A model generated the notes under the pieces. That model was not told the DNA's origin, made no database searches, and saw nothing but the letters and a program-made list of their open reading frames with translations. Position numbers and translations under genes: made by a program. This document shows, in pieces, positions 51,044-60,863 of a DNA stretch of 64,000 nt (within the stretch, counting starts at the first letter, position 1; the number at the start of each line of letters is the position of its first letter). The stretch is from Kiritimatiellia bacterium (lineage in GTDB: Bacteria; Verrucomicrobiota; Kiritimatiellia; RFP12; JBMNHG01), in assembly GCA_050950285.1 (NCBI GenBank), contig JBMNHG010000003.1, positions 740,337 through 804,336 on the forward strand, written 5' to 3'.

Positions 51044-51817
51044 CGTGTCTGCCACGTAATTGCGTGTACCGCTGCAGTCGGGATATCCGGTGCAACTCCA
51101 GAATGGGTTGCCCGCGTTGCGGCCTTTGCGGGCGATCGTCTTGCGCATGGGCTTGCCGCATTTGGGGCAAGACGGGGCGCCTTGTGCCGCCACTTGCGCG
51201 TCGCGCGTCTCCAGACGCGCCTTGGAGAGCCGTTCAGTGAAGCCGCCCTCCTCGCGGAAGTCCGCCGCGAGCGACTCCATCTGCCGGTGCAGCAGGCGGC
51301 ACGTCTGGTCGATCACCAGCAGGATCGCGTTCGCAGCCGTCACCGCGTCCTTTGCTTCCAGCCACTCGGCGAACCGCTCCCGCATGGCGAGAATGTAGAC
51401 ACCGAAATCATGGCGTATATTTTGGGCGTCATCATCCGCGAAACGATCCAGTTGCAACGCGAGCACCTTCACGGCGCACGGATCGTCCGCTCGCCAAGGA
51501 GCTTCACCGCATTCGACGAGAAACGCCTCGTAGTCGCCGGCGAGTTCTTCGAGCGAACCCTTCGCCACGTCATAGAGCCGCAGTTCGGTCTCGCGGCTCG
51601 TTCCGGCTCGCGCCGACCCCTCGACGATGTTTTGCCGCGCACTGCGAGCCGCCCCCACCATCTGGCCGACGGTCTTGCCGAGCGCATCGTTGGTGCGGTC
51701 ATAATTGCGGCGGCAGAATGTGCAGGTGGCGTGATACACCAGACACGTATAGCCAAAGGCGAACGTCTTGCGATACCCGCCGTACGATCCGATGATCTGT
51801 ATCGTCTCTCGTCTCAT
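51026..51817 (-). CDS. Four-helix-bundle protein (23S-IVP/Avd-like fold) with suffix domain and topoisomerase-type C4 Zn ribbon
   Basis: QMVGAARSARQNIVEGS, VAKGSLEELAGDYE, EEGGFTERL, CPKCGKPM...FWSCTGYPDC. Confidence 0.88.
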   Translation of the reverse strand: MRRETIQIIGSYGGYRKTFAFGYTCLVYHATCTFCRRNYDRTNDALGKTVGQMVGAARSARQNIVEGSARAGTSRETELRLYDVAKGSLEELAGDYEAFLVECGEAPWRADDPCAVKVLALQLDRFADDDAQNIRHDFGVYILAMRERFAEWLEAKDAVTAANAILLVIDQTCRLLHRQMESLAADFREEGGFTERLSKARLETRDAQVAAQGAPSCPKCGKPMRKTIARKGRNAGNPFWSCTGYPDCSGTRNYVADTKGQET

Positions 51818-51831
51818 GTCTCTTGCCCTTT
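51800..51831 (-). repeat. Heptamer element, copy 3 (single arm) containing the four-helix-bundle start codon
   Basis: Minus strand reads AAAGGGCAA GAGACAT GAGACGA GAGACGA. Confidence 0.85.
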
Positions 51832-51838
51832 CTCTGCT

Positions 51839-54800
51839 TTACGGCTGGCTTGTGCTGGCCTCCACCTTGAAGAAGCGTTTGGGGGCGGTGGCGTTCAGGA
51901 TGGTGAAAGTAAGGTCGCCGTTGTTTTCGGCGCGGATGGTGTCGAGTTTGATCCACTCGCCGCCGAGCGTTTCCGTCGCGTAGAGGGTGTAATAGACGTT
52001 TTTCTGGACGTTGACGAGCTTGATAGCGAGCGTCGTGCCGCTGAAGACGAGCGCCGTGCCGTCCGTGGCGAAGACGGGCGCATAAAGCTCAACGCTGGTC
52101 GCCGTCGTGGCGGCGCCGCTCACGGAGGCGGTGTAGTTCCTGCCGCCCGCCGTGAAGTCGTACGTGCCGTCCGGCAGCCAGAGGTAGAGCCTGCCGCCGT
52201 TGTCGGCGACGAGGTCGTCCGTGCCGTAGGCGCCGAGCTCGGCGACGACGACCGCGGCATTGGGCGTGAAGCCCGGCACCGTGACGCACCAGACGCGATC
52301 CGTGCCGTTGCTGGGCGCGGGGGCGGTGGTGTTGCCGGCGAGGCGGATCGAGCCGCCGGTGAAGGTGGTCGCGAGGAGATCCAGCGTGTTGTCGAGGCCC
52401 CGCCCGATGTCGGAGGCGCCTCCACGCCCGGTTGCCGTGACCGTGCCGCCGGAAATGGCGATGTTGCAGCCCGCGCCCTTGTAGCCGCCGCCGATGCCGG
52501 CGCCGCCGTGACCGGCGGTGGCCGTGATCCGTCCGCCGGAGATGTTGACCGCGCCGCCGTAGTTGGCGAAGCGGTATTCGTCTCCGGCGCCGCTGCCGAT
52601 GCCCGCGCCGCCCATCGCGCCGGCGGTGGCCGTGACCGTGCCACCGTAAATATGCACCCGGCCCGGCGCGCGGCGGTAGCCGCTGCCGATGCCCGCGCTG
52701 TAGCCGCTGCCGGTGGCGACGAGCGTGCCGCCGTGGATGGCCACCGTTCCGCCTCTGCCGCCGGTGGACTGCGTCCTGTCGCTGGTTCCGCCCCCGCCGA
52801 CGCCCGCGGCGTCGCTGCCGCCGATGGCCGTGACGGCGCCGCCGAGGAAGCGCATGGTGCCGGCGCTGGCACGGTGGGATGCGCCGATGCCGGCGCCGTA
52901 GTCGCCGCCCGTGGCGGCGAGCGATGCCGCCTCGTCGCCGGGCGCGTTGGTGATCGAGAGTTCGGCGTAGAGCGGGACTTCGAGACCGGCGCGGTTGCAG
53001 CCGGAGGCGAGCGTGTTTTCCCCTGCGAGGACGAGCGACACCCGGGCGCCATACCCCAGCGCGAAGGCGCACTGGTTGTCGCCGGTCGCCCGGAGCGTCA
53101 GGTTCGCGAGCATGACCGTGTTGGTCGTGCCGCTCGGGATGACGACGCACACCTCGCCCGACACGTTGGTGCCGGCCAGCGTGAAGGGACCCGTGCCCGC
53201 GAGCGAGAGCGTCCGGGTTTTCGCATCGTATGTCCATCCATCGGTGTCGGGGTTTTCCGGGCCGAAGCCGGCGTCTTCGCCGTTGACGGTCACGCCCTTC
53301 GGTTGGCCACCGCGCACCAGCGTGATGGCGTAGCTGTTTCCGTTCGCCGTGAAGACGTGCTCGCCGTCCGGCAGCCAGAGATAGAGGGTGCCGCGGTCGT
53401 CGGCGACGAGGTCGTTGACGCCGTAGTCCTCGATCCCGATGATGGTGACGGGGGCGTTGCATTCGAAGTCCGGCAACGCCACGCAGGCGACCCGGGCGGT
53501 GCCGTTCGAGGGCGCGGGGGCGATGGTGTCGTTGTCGAGACGGATCGAGCCGCCGGTGAAGGTGTTCGCGCCGGCGATCGCGCCATCCACGCCCGGCCCG
53601 ATGTCCGCTGCGCCGTCGGCGCCTAGCGTGACGACCGTGCCGCCGGAGATCGTCACCGCGCCGCCCGCGCCTTCGTAGCCGCCGCCGATGCCCGCGGCCC
53701 AGTCTCCGCCGGTTGCCTCGACCCTGCCGCCGGCGATCATGATCGTCCCGCCGTTGCCGGACTGGCCGCCGCCGATGCCCGCGCCGTACTCGCCGCCGGT
53801 CGCCGTGACCGTGCCGTTGGAAATCGTGATCGTGCCGGCGTCGTTCCAGTATCCGCCGCCGATGCCGGCCGCGTTGGCACCGCCGGTGGCCGTCAGCGAT
53901 GCGCCGTCGTCGCCGGGCGCACGGGTGATCGTGATCGTGTTCCCTGCGGTGACTTCAAGGCCTGCGCAGTTCCCGCCCGACACGAGCGTGTTCGTCCCCG
54001 CGAGGACAAGCGTTATCCGGGCGCCCTCCTGCACGGAAAAGGCGCATTGGCCTTGATCCGTCGCCTTGAGCGTCAAGTTGGAAAGCGCGACCGTGTTGAC
54101 GGCATCGCCCATGACGGCGACGCAGACATCGCCAGCTTCGTTGGCGCCCGCGAGCGTGAAGGGTCCCGTGCCGTAAAGCAAGGCGGTCCGGCTTTCCGAC
54201 TGATAGTTCCATCCGTCGGTTTCGGGATCGCTGGGGCCGAAGGCGACATCGGTGCCGTTGACCGTCACGCCGAGCGCTAGGACGCCGCCCTGAAGTTCCA
54301 GCGTGTAGTTTCGTCCGTTCGCCGTGAAGTCGTACTTGCCGTCCGGTAGCCAGAGGTAGAGGACGCCGCCGTTGTCGGCGACGAGGTCGTTGACGCCGTA
54401 TCCCTCAAGCCCGGCGATCATGACGGGGGCGTTGGGCTCGAAGCCTGTGAGGGTCACGCAGTAGATTGGTGCCTGGCCGTCCGAGGGCGCGGGGGCGATG
54501 TCGTCGTTCACGAGGCGGATCGAGCCGCCGGTGAAGATGTTGGAACCGGTGCTTGAGTTGTTGGGCCCCGGGCCGATGTCCGCGCCGCCGTTCCTGCCCT
54601 GCGCCGAGACCGTGCCGCCGGCGATGGTCACCGTGCCGCCGGTACTGTACCGGCCGCCGCCGATGCCGGCGCTGTAGTAGCCTTTGGCGGTGACCTGGCC
54701 GCCGGAGATCGTGATCGCGCCAATGTCGCTTTGGTAGCCGCCGCCGATGCCGGCGCCGTACTGTCCGCCGTTTGCGGTGACCGTGCCGCCGGAGATCGTG

Positions 54801-57800
54801 ATCGTGCCATCGTCGGTACCAGCTCCGCGTCCGCTGCCGATGCCGGCGGCGTACGAGCCGCCCTTCGCCGTGATGGCGCCGCCGGAGAGCGTAATCGTGC
54901 CTCTGTCGCCATAGTAGCCGCCGCCGATGCCCGCGCCGTAGTAGCTGCCCCCCGTCGCCGTGATGACGCCGTCGGCAATCGTGATTGTGCCGCCGTCACT
55001 GTAGTAGCCGCCGCCGATGCCCGCGGCCCAGTTGCCGCCCTTCGCCGTGACCATACCGCCGGAGATGCTGACCGTGCCGCCGTCGCCGTAGTAGCCGCCG
55101 CCGATGCCGGCGCCGTTGTTGCCTCCATTGGCAACGACGGTGCCATTGCCAATCCACACGGTGCCGCCGGTGCCGTAGTAGCCGCCGCCGATGCCGGCGG
55201 CTCGATAGCCGCCCGTCGCGGTGACCGTACCGCCGTAAATCTTCACCGTGCCATTGGCGCTGTTGTTGGCGCCGCCGATGCCGGCGCCGTATTGGTAACT
55301 GGTTGCCGTCAGCGAACCACCGCCGAGCGCGTTGGTGATGGAAAGCGAAGCCCCCTGCGGCACTTCGAGCCCGGCGCGGTTCTCGCCGGAGGCGAGCGCG
55401 TTCTCGCCCGCGAGGACGAGCGACGCCTCGGCGTTCTGCCGGAGCGCGAAGGCGCATTGATCCTTGGCAATCGCCGTGAGCGTCAGGTTCGAGAGCGCAA
55501 CCGTGCTGGCAACATCGTTCGAGACGACAACGCAGACCCGGCCTAACACGTCGTTGCCCGACAGGGTGAAGGGACCCGCGCCCGTGAGCCAGAGGATGCT
55601 GGTGGTCACATCGTAGCTCCATCCGGCGACGTCGGGATCGTCCGGCGTGTAGGCGACGTCCTCGCCGTTGATCGTCACGCCGATCGGCCCGGAGCCGTTC
55701 TTGATTTTGGCCGTGCAGGGGCGTCCGTTCGCCGTGAAGTTGTAGGTGCCGTCCGGGAGCCACAGGTGGATGGCGCCGCCGGCGTCGGCGAAAATGTCGT
55801 GTACGCCGTAGTCTCCAAGCCCGTTGATCATGACGGGGTCGCCGGGCGTGAAACCCGACTCCACGATGTAGCCGACGCGGGCCGTGCCGTTCGAGGGCGC
55901 GAGGGCGATGGCCGAGGCAGCCAGGCCGATCGAGCCGCCGGTGAAGGTGTTGGCGCCCGAGGACATGCCGTTCAGTCCCGGGCCGATGTCCGCGCCGCCA
56001 TCGGTGCCCTCCGCGGCGACCGTGCCGCCGGAAACCGCAACGCTGCCGCCAAGGCCGTTGAGGCCGGATCCGCCGCCGATGCCGGCGCCGCCGCTGCTGC
56101 CGCCCGTCGCCGTGATCCGGCCGCCGGAAATCGTGACGTTGCCGCCGGCTTTCCCGTTGCTGCCGCCGATGCCGGCGGCCTGATAACCGCCCGTCGCGGT
56201 GACGTTGCCGCCGGAAATCGTGACATTGCCGCCCGCTTTCCCGGAGCCGCCACCGATGCCGGCGGCGTAACCGCCACCTATGGCCGTGACGATGCCGCCG
56301 GAGATGGTCGTCGTGGTGCCGCCGGCTCCCGAGCTGCCGCCCCCGATGCCCGCGGCGTAGTAGCCGCCCTGCGCCGTGACCGTGCCGCTGGAAATCGTGA
56401 CTGCGGCACCGGCGCCGCCGGCACCGCCGCCGATGCCCGAGCCGCTGCCGCTGCCGTTGGCGACGATCACGCCGCCGGAAATCGTGATTGTGCCGCCGTC
56501 GCCGTACTGGCCGCCACCGATGCCGGCGCCGTACTGGCCACCCGTAACCGTCAACGAGGCGTCGTCGTCGCCGGGCGCGTTGGTGATGGAAAGCGTCCTT
56601 CCCGCCGTGACTTCAAGCCCCGCGCAATAGAAGCCGGAAGCGAGCGTGTTCGCTCCGGCGAGGACGAGCGAGACGTTGGCATTCTGCTCCAGCGCGAAGG
56701 CGCACTGGCTGTCGCCCGTCGCCTTGAGCGTCAGGTTCGAGAGCGTGACCGTGGTGGCGGTGCCGTTCGCGACGACGACGCGCACCTTGCCATTGTCGTT
56801 GGCTCCCGAGAGCGTGAAGGGGCCGGCGCCAGTGAGCGAGAGGATGCCGGGTGCCGAGTCGTAGTTCCAGCCGGCAGCGGCGGGGTCGTCCGGCGTGAAG
56901 GCGACATCCTCGCCGTTGATCGTCACGCCGATCGGCCCGGAGCCGTTCTTGATTTTGGCCGTGCAGGGGCGTCCGTTCGCCGTGAAGGCGTACTCGCCGT
57001 CCGGGAGCCAGAGGTGGATGGCGCCGTAATCGTCGGCGACAATGCCGCTTACGCCGTATTCCTGCGGAAGCCCCTCGATCGTGACGGGTGCGCCAGGCGT
57101 GAAGTCCGACACCGTGACGCGGCCGACCCGCGCCGTGCCGTTCGAGGGGATGGGGGCGATGGACGTGTTGGCCAGGCCGATCGAGCCGCCCGTGAAGGTG
57201 TTCGGGCCGGAGGTCGTGCCTTGGGCGCCGGGGCCGATGTCCATGCCTTCGGCGCCGCCCGTCGCAAAGACCGTGCCGCCGGAAACCGCGAGCGTGGCGC
57301 CTGCGGTGTAATAGCCGCCGCCGATGCCGGCGGCGTAGTAGCCGCCCGTCGCCTTGACCGCGCCGCCGGAGATGTCCACCGCGCCGCCGTGCTTGCCGGA
57401 CGCGCTGTAAGAGTTGTTCTTGCCGCTGCCGATGCCGGCGGCGTAGTCGCCGCCGATTGCCGTGACGGTGCCGCCGGAGATCGTCACCACGCCGCCGTTG
57501 CCTTCGGATCCGCCGCCGATGCCCGCGCCGCCGTCGTAGCTGCCCATGGCCTTGATCGGCTGCCCATGGCCTTGATCGTGCCGCCGGATATCTTGATCGT
57601 GCCGGCGTGCCTGCGGGGATAGCCGCCGCCGATGCCCGCGCCGTTGCCGCCGCTGCTCGCCTCCAATGCGGCCGTCGTGGCACCGGGTGCGTTGGTGATG
57701 GAAAGCGACGTGCCCGCCGGAACTTCGATCCCCGCGCGCCCGGTGCCTGAGGAGAGATAATTGTTCCCCGCGAGGAGGAGCGAGACGCAGGCGTTCGTCT

Positions 57801-58116
57801 CCAGCGAGAGGGCGCAGTAATCGTAGGTGCTTGACGAGAGCGTCAGACCCGAGAGCGTGAGCATGGTCGTCACGCCCTCCTGGACGACGACGCCCACCTT
57901 GCCTGCCGTGTTCGCGCCGGCCAGCGTGAAGGGACCCGCGTTCGTGAGCGTGAGGGAGTAGGTGGCCGAGTCGTACACCCAGCCGATGTCGCCGGTCGAG
58001 ACGGCGTCGTCGAGCGGGGTGCCGTTGATCGTCACCCCGGTGGAGGCGGCGGTTGCGGCTGTCGCAAGGGCGATGAACAGCGCGGTGAGGATTCTGCTCC
58101 GGGTGTGTTTCTTCAT
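51839..58116 (-). pseudogene. Gly-rich modular surface protein B (5 modules, ~2085 aa if repaired), frameshifted by a 20-bp tandem duplication
   Basis: Signal peptide MKKHTRSRILTALFIALA at 58116. GCTGCCCATGGCCTTGATCG occurs twice at 57539-57578; removing one copy joins the two ORFs in frame. Confidence 0.85.
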
Positions 58117-58164
58117 GGCGGCGTTCCTTTCAATGACAGACGGTGGAAATAAGCCGAAAACCCA

Positions 58165-58368
58165 ACTTTGTCGCGAGCTTTGTCGGTAACTTTGTCGGAA
58201 GCTGTCCCAGTTGGCGGACACGGAGGTCCGCCGCAACGATAATGGCTTGTGGTGTTACTGTTCACGGCCAGCCTTTAGGTGGGCTAAAGGATGGAAGCCA
58301 CCTAATCAGTCATTGGGCAATAATCTGCGGACGATTATAGATTAGACGGCGGGATGGGAAAAGCATTA
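58165..58368 (-). promoter_or_regulatory. Conserved promoter and structured 5' leader, copy 1 (upstream of gene B)
   Basis: Near-identical to 63534-63725; minus-strand TATAAT at 58334-58339; covarying stems. Confidence 0.75.
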
Positions 58369-58407
58369 ATTCCTGATTTTACGCTTTCCATATTCAAAAC
58401 CAGCAGC

Positions 58408-58734
58408 ATTCGCGCCGATTCGCGTCCATTCGCGGCGCCATCTCCCCCGTTCGCCGTTTTCATGCACACGGCATGCCGTGCGCCTATTGACCCCGCCCCA
58501 CCTTTCGCGTCCATTCGTCCATTCGCGGTTCCAAATCTTGGCGACCTTGGCGTCTTGGCGGTTTTAACCTGCGTGCGGCTCGCCGGTCACGCCGCGTGGC
58601 GGCGTGACGGGGACGGCTCGCCCTACCCTTCGTTTCGCTGTACCGCGAGCTTTCGCCGGCACGGATTCTTCGGACGAGCAGACGCTCGTCCCTCCCGCCG
58701 GGTGGTTCGGTACAGGCGCCAGCCAAACTTTAGG
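58408..58734. repeat. Cluster of short tandem-repeat modules and REP-like hairpins
   Basis: (ATTCGCG)x3 at 58408-58434; TTCGCG/ATTCG repeats at 58502-58532; (CTTGGCG)x3 at 58537-58560; hairpins at 58586-58627 and 58672-58696. Confidence 0.75.
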
Positions 58735-60751
58735 CCGAAGTTCCAGCGATTCCCAACAGCCTGCTCGTTCGCAAACCCTTGCAGGCAAGCATTCTACGCG
58801 CTTTCTGGCACCATTTTCCCGTTCCGCTTACATGGAAACGCCCTTGTTGTTCCGCCAGCAGGCGTGGTCCGCCTCGAGCAGTTGGAAGGCTTTGGCCTGG
58901 AAGGCGTTCGGCATCGTGTCGCGGGTAAAGCGCACGGCGGTTCTGCCTTCTCCGAAACAGCATGTGTTGCGCACCTGTGTCGATAGCGCGCCAAGCAGCC
59001 CGTCCCAGCGCCGGAGCCGCAGTCCGTCAGTGGTGCGTTTCCGGGCGCGCTTGCGCTTGAGGTTTTCCGAGGGCTGCGCCTTGGCGACGGGATCGCGGCT
59101 GGCGCGGGCGGCTTCCAGTTCCTCGTCGGCGTAGAGCAGCGGGGCCAGGGCCTGGCGCATGTGCCATTCCACGTAATAGGCGAGCATGCACAGCAGCACG
59201 TGCGCGCGCACGCGGTCCTCCAGGCGGTGGTAGATCGGGCGGATGAGCAGATCGACTCCCTTGAAGGTCCTGAAGGCCTGCTCGACGTCGCCCAGGCTCT
59301 TGTAGGCGCGCACCGCGTCCTCTGCGGAAAGCGACTCGGGCGTCTCGCTGGTGCGCACGACGTAGATGCCGTCCAGGGCGGCCTCGCGGGCGATGGATTC
59401 CGTGTCGCGCTCCCAGCCGAAGTGGTTGTCGGCGATGTCCAGCCTGAAGTGCTTGGCGACCTTGTAGCGGTTGATCACGCGTCCCGCCCTGACGCCGATC
59501 TCGGCTGCCGTCAGGGGTTTCCTCCTCCGGCGCCCCACATGGTCGCGCAGCTTGACGAGATCCTTCTCGGTGGACTCCAGCAGCTCGCCGCGCATGCGGG
59601 CGCGGTCCATCGCCAGCAGCGGGTTGTAGCAGGCCACCAGCCGTTCGCCGGGGAAGTCGGGATGGATGATCTCGGCCAGGTTGCCCTGCGTGAACAGCGG
59701 CGCACCGGAGGGATCGCGTGTCTCCAGCAGCCTGCGGATGTCCGAGCTTCGCAGGCAGGATATCCAGCCGCAGCCCTCCTGCTTCCGCAGGCGGTCGATC
59801 TGCGTGTTCGTCAGCATGCCGCGGTCACCCACGAAGACGAACCGCGCTATGCCGAAGCCCCCGCGCAGCCGGTCGATCTGGTCCGGCACCGTCACCGGGT
59901 CGGCGGTGTCGCCGGGATACACCCGCACCGCGACCGGCCTGCCGTCGGTATCGGTCATAAGCCCGTAGACGATGCCGGGCAGCTTGAGGCCGTCGCGGTT
60001 GTATCCGCGCTTTGCCAGGGGGCATTGCTTGCCGTAGTAGGAGCTGCTCGATACGTCGTACAGGACTGTCGCCCCCTCGGCAAGGTGCCGCCCGGCCAGC
60101 TTGCGCTCGATGAAGGGCTGGCGGGCCGCGAGCCAGTCCATCGCCGCATACAGGTCGTTCTCGTCCACGTCCTGCACGCCGAACTCCTGCGCGAGCGTGG
60201 AGTCCCCGAACAGGGAGACCGTCTCCAGCTTCGAGCCCGGCTCTATTATGCGCTGGGCTATCATCGCCAGCACGATGTCGCGCTCCGGGCAGGGCTTGGA
60301 CGACACCAGATCCCGCATGCCGAGCCGGCTCATTGCCGTGCGGACGGCCCTGACGTGGCCGCATGGCAGGGATCGCTCGATCTCGAAAAGGCTGTCGGCC
60401 TCCACAAGATGTTCGCCCTTGAGCGCGGCGCGCAGCGCCGCCACCGCCTCGGGCGGCAGCATCGACAGGTTGGCAAGCGTGCGCTTGACGGTGCGCCCGC
60501 CCTCGCGGCAGCTCTCGCGCAGCAGGATTGCGGGCGGGGATTTGCGGTTCGGCACGATGTCAATGTACATGGGCTCAATTTAGCAGACCTTTCAGTCTCA
60601 TGCAAGCGTAAAAATGGTGTTTCGTCAAAAAAGTTATTAACAATTACATGGGCGCAAATGGAACGGATTTTGCTGCCTTAGGGGTGCCGGAATGCCGCTA
60701 AATCAAGAAAATATGGCCGTTTCGGGCATGAAAGAGCCGCTGGAACTTCGG
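58735..60751 (-). mobile_element. IS1634-family insertion sequence
   Basis: Perfect 14-bp terminal inverted repeat CCGAAGTTCCAGCG; 6-bp target duplication TTTAGG at 58729-58734 and 60752-60757. Confidence 0.92.
58828..60570 (-). CDS. IS1634-family DDE transposase
   Basis: LYDVSSSSY, GYNRDG, VGDRGM, DGIYVVRT, YKSL..VEQAFR, RPIYHRLEDRVRAHV. Confidence 0.93.
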   Translation of the reverse strand: MYIDIVPNRKSPPAILLRESCREGGRTVKRTLANLSMLPPEAVAALRAALKGEHLVEADSLFEIERSLPCGHVRAVRTAMSRLGMRDLVSSKPCPERDIVLAMIAQRIIEPGSKLETVSLFGDSTLAQEFGVQDVDENDLYAAMDWLAARQPFIERKLAGRHLAEGATVLYDVSSSSYYGKQCPLAKRGYNRDGLKLPGIVYGLMTDTDGRPVAVRVYPGDTADPVTVPDQIDRLRGGFGIARFVFVGDRGMLTNTQIDRLRKQEGCGWISCLRSSDIRRLLETRDPSGAPLFTQGNLAEIIHPDFPGERLVACYNPLLAMDRARMRGELLESTEKDLVKLRDHVGRRRRKPLTAAEIGVRAGRVINRYKVAKHFRLDIADNHFGWERDTESIAREAALDGIYVVRTSETPESLSAEDAVRAYKSLGDVEQAFRTFKGVDLLIRPIYHRLEDRVRAHVLLCMLAYYVEWHMRQALAPLLYADEELEAARASRDPVAKAQPSENLKRKRARKRTTDGLRLRRWDGLLGALSTQVRNTCCFGEGRTAVRFTRDTMPNAFQAKAFQLLEADHACWRNNKGVSM

Positions 60752-60850
60752 TTTAGGACTTTAGAACTCCCGAACTTTAGAACTTCATTCGTCCATTCGC
60801 GGAACCCCCTTCCACTCTCCTTTTCGCGATTTTCGCGTCTTTCGCGGTTA
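60752..60850. repeat. Short tandem-repeat modules (8-mer TTTAGAAC-type; TTCGCG-type)
   Basis: TTTAGGAC TTTAGAAC TCCCGAAC TTTAGAAC; ATTCGTCCATTCGCGG; (TTTCGCG)x3 followed by GTT. Confidence 0.75.
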
Positions 60851-60863
60851 AAAAACCTTCCGG

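Noticed and set aside
51026..51817. Diversity-generating retroelement, suggested by the Avd-like fold
   Set aside because: No reverse transcriptase in the window and no template/variable repeat pair with adenine-specific mismatches seen.
44238..51831. Canonical integron attC sites
   Set aside because: The palindromes lack RYYYAAC...GTTRRRY ends and no integron integrase is present; kept only as an analogy.
58117..58236. In-frame N-terminal extensions (MRRTSVSANWDS/MRRISVFANWDS) of genes B and C
   Set aside because: TTG starts without an RBS; the downstream ATGs have good RBSs and begin typical signal peptides.
58240..58320. Hammerhead ribozyme or ZTP riboswitch identity for the duplicated leader
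   Set aside because: It has CUGAUUA rather than CUGANGA and no GAAA after stem II, and it lacks the ZTP GACUGRCG/CGYCUGGG pseudoknot pair.
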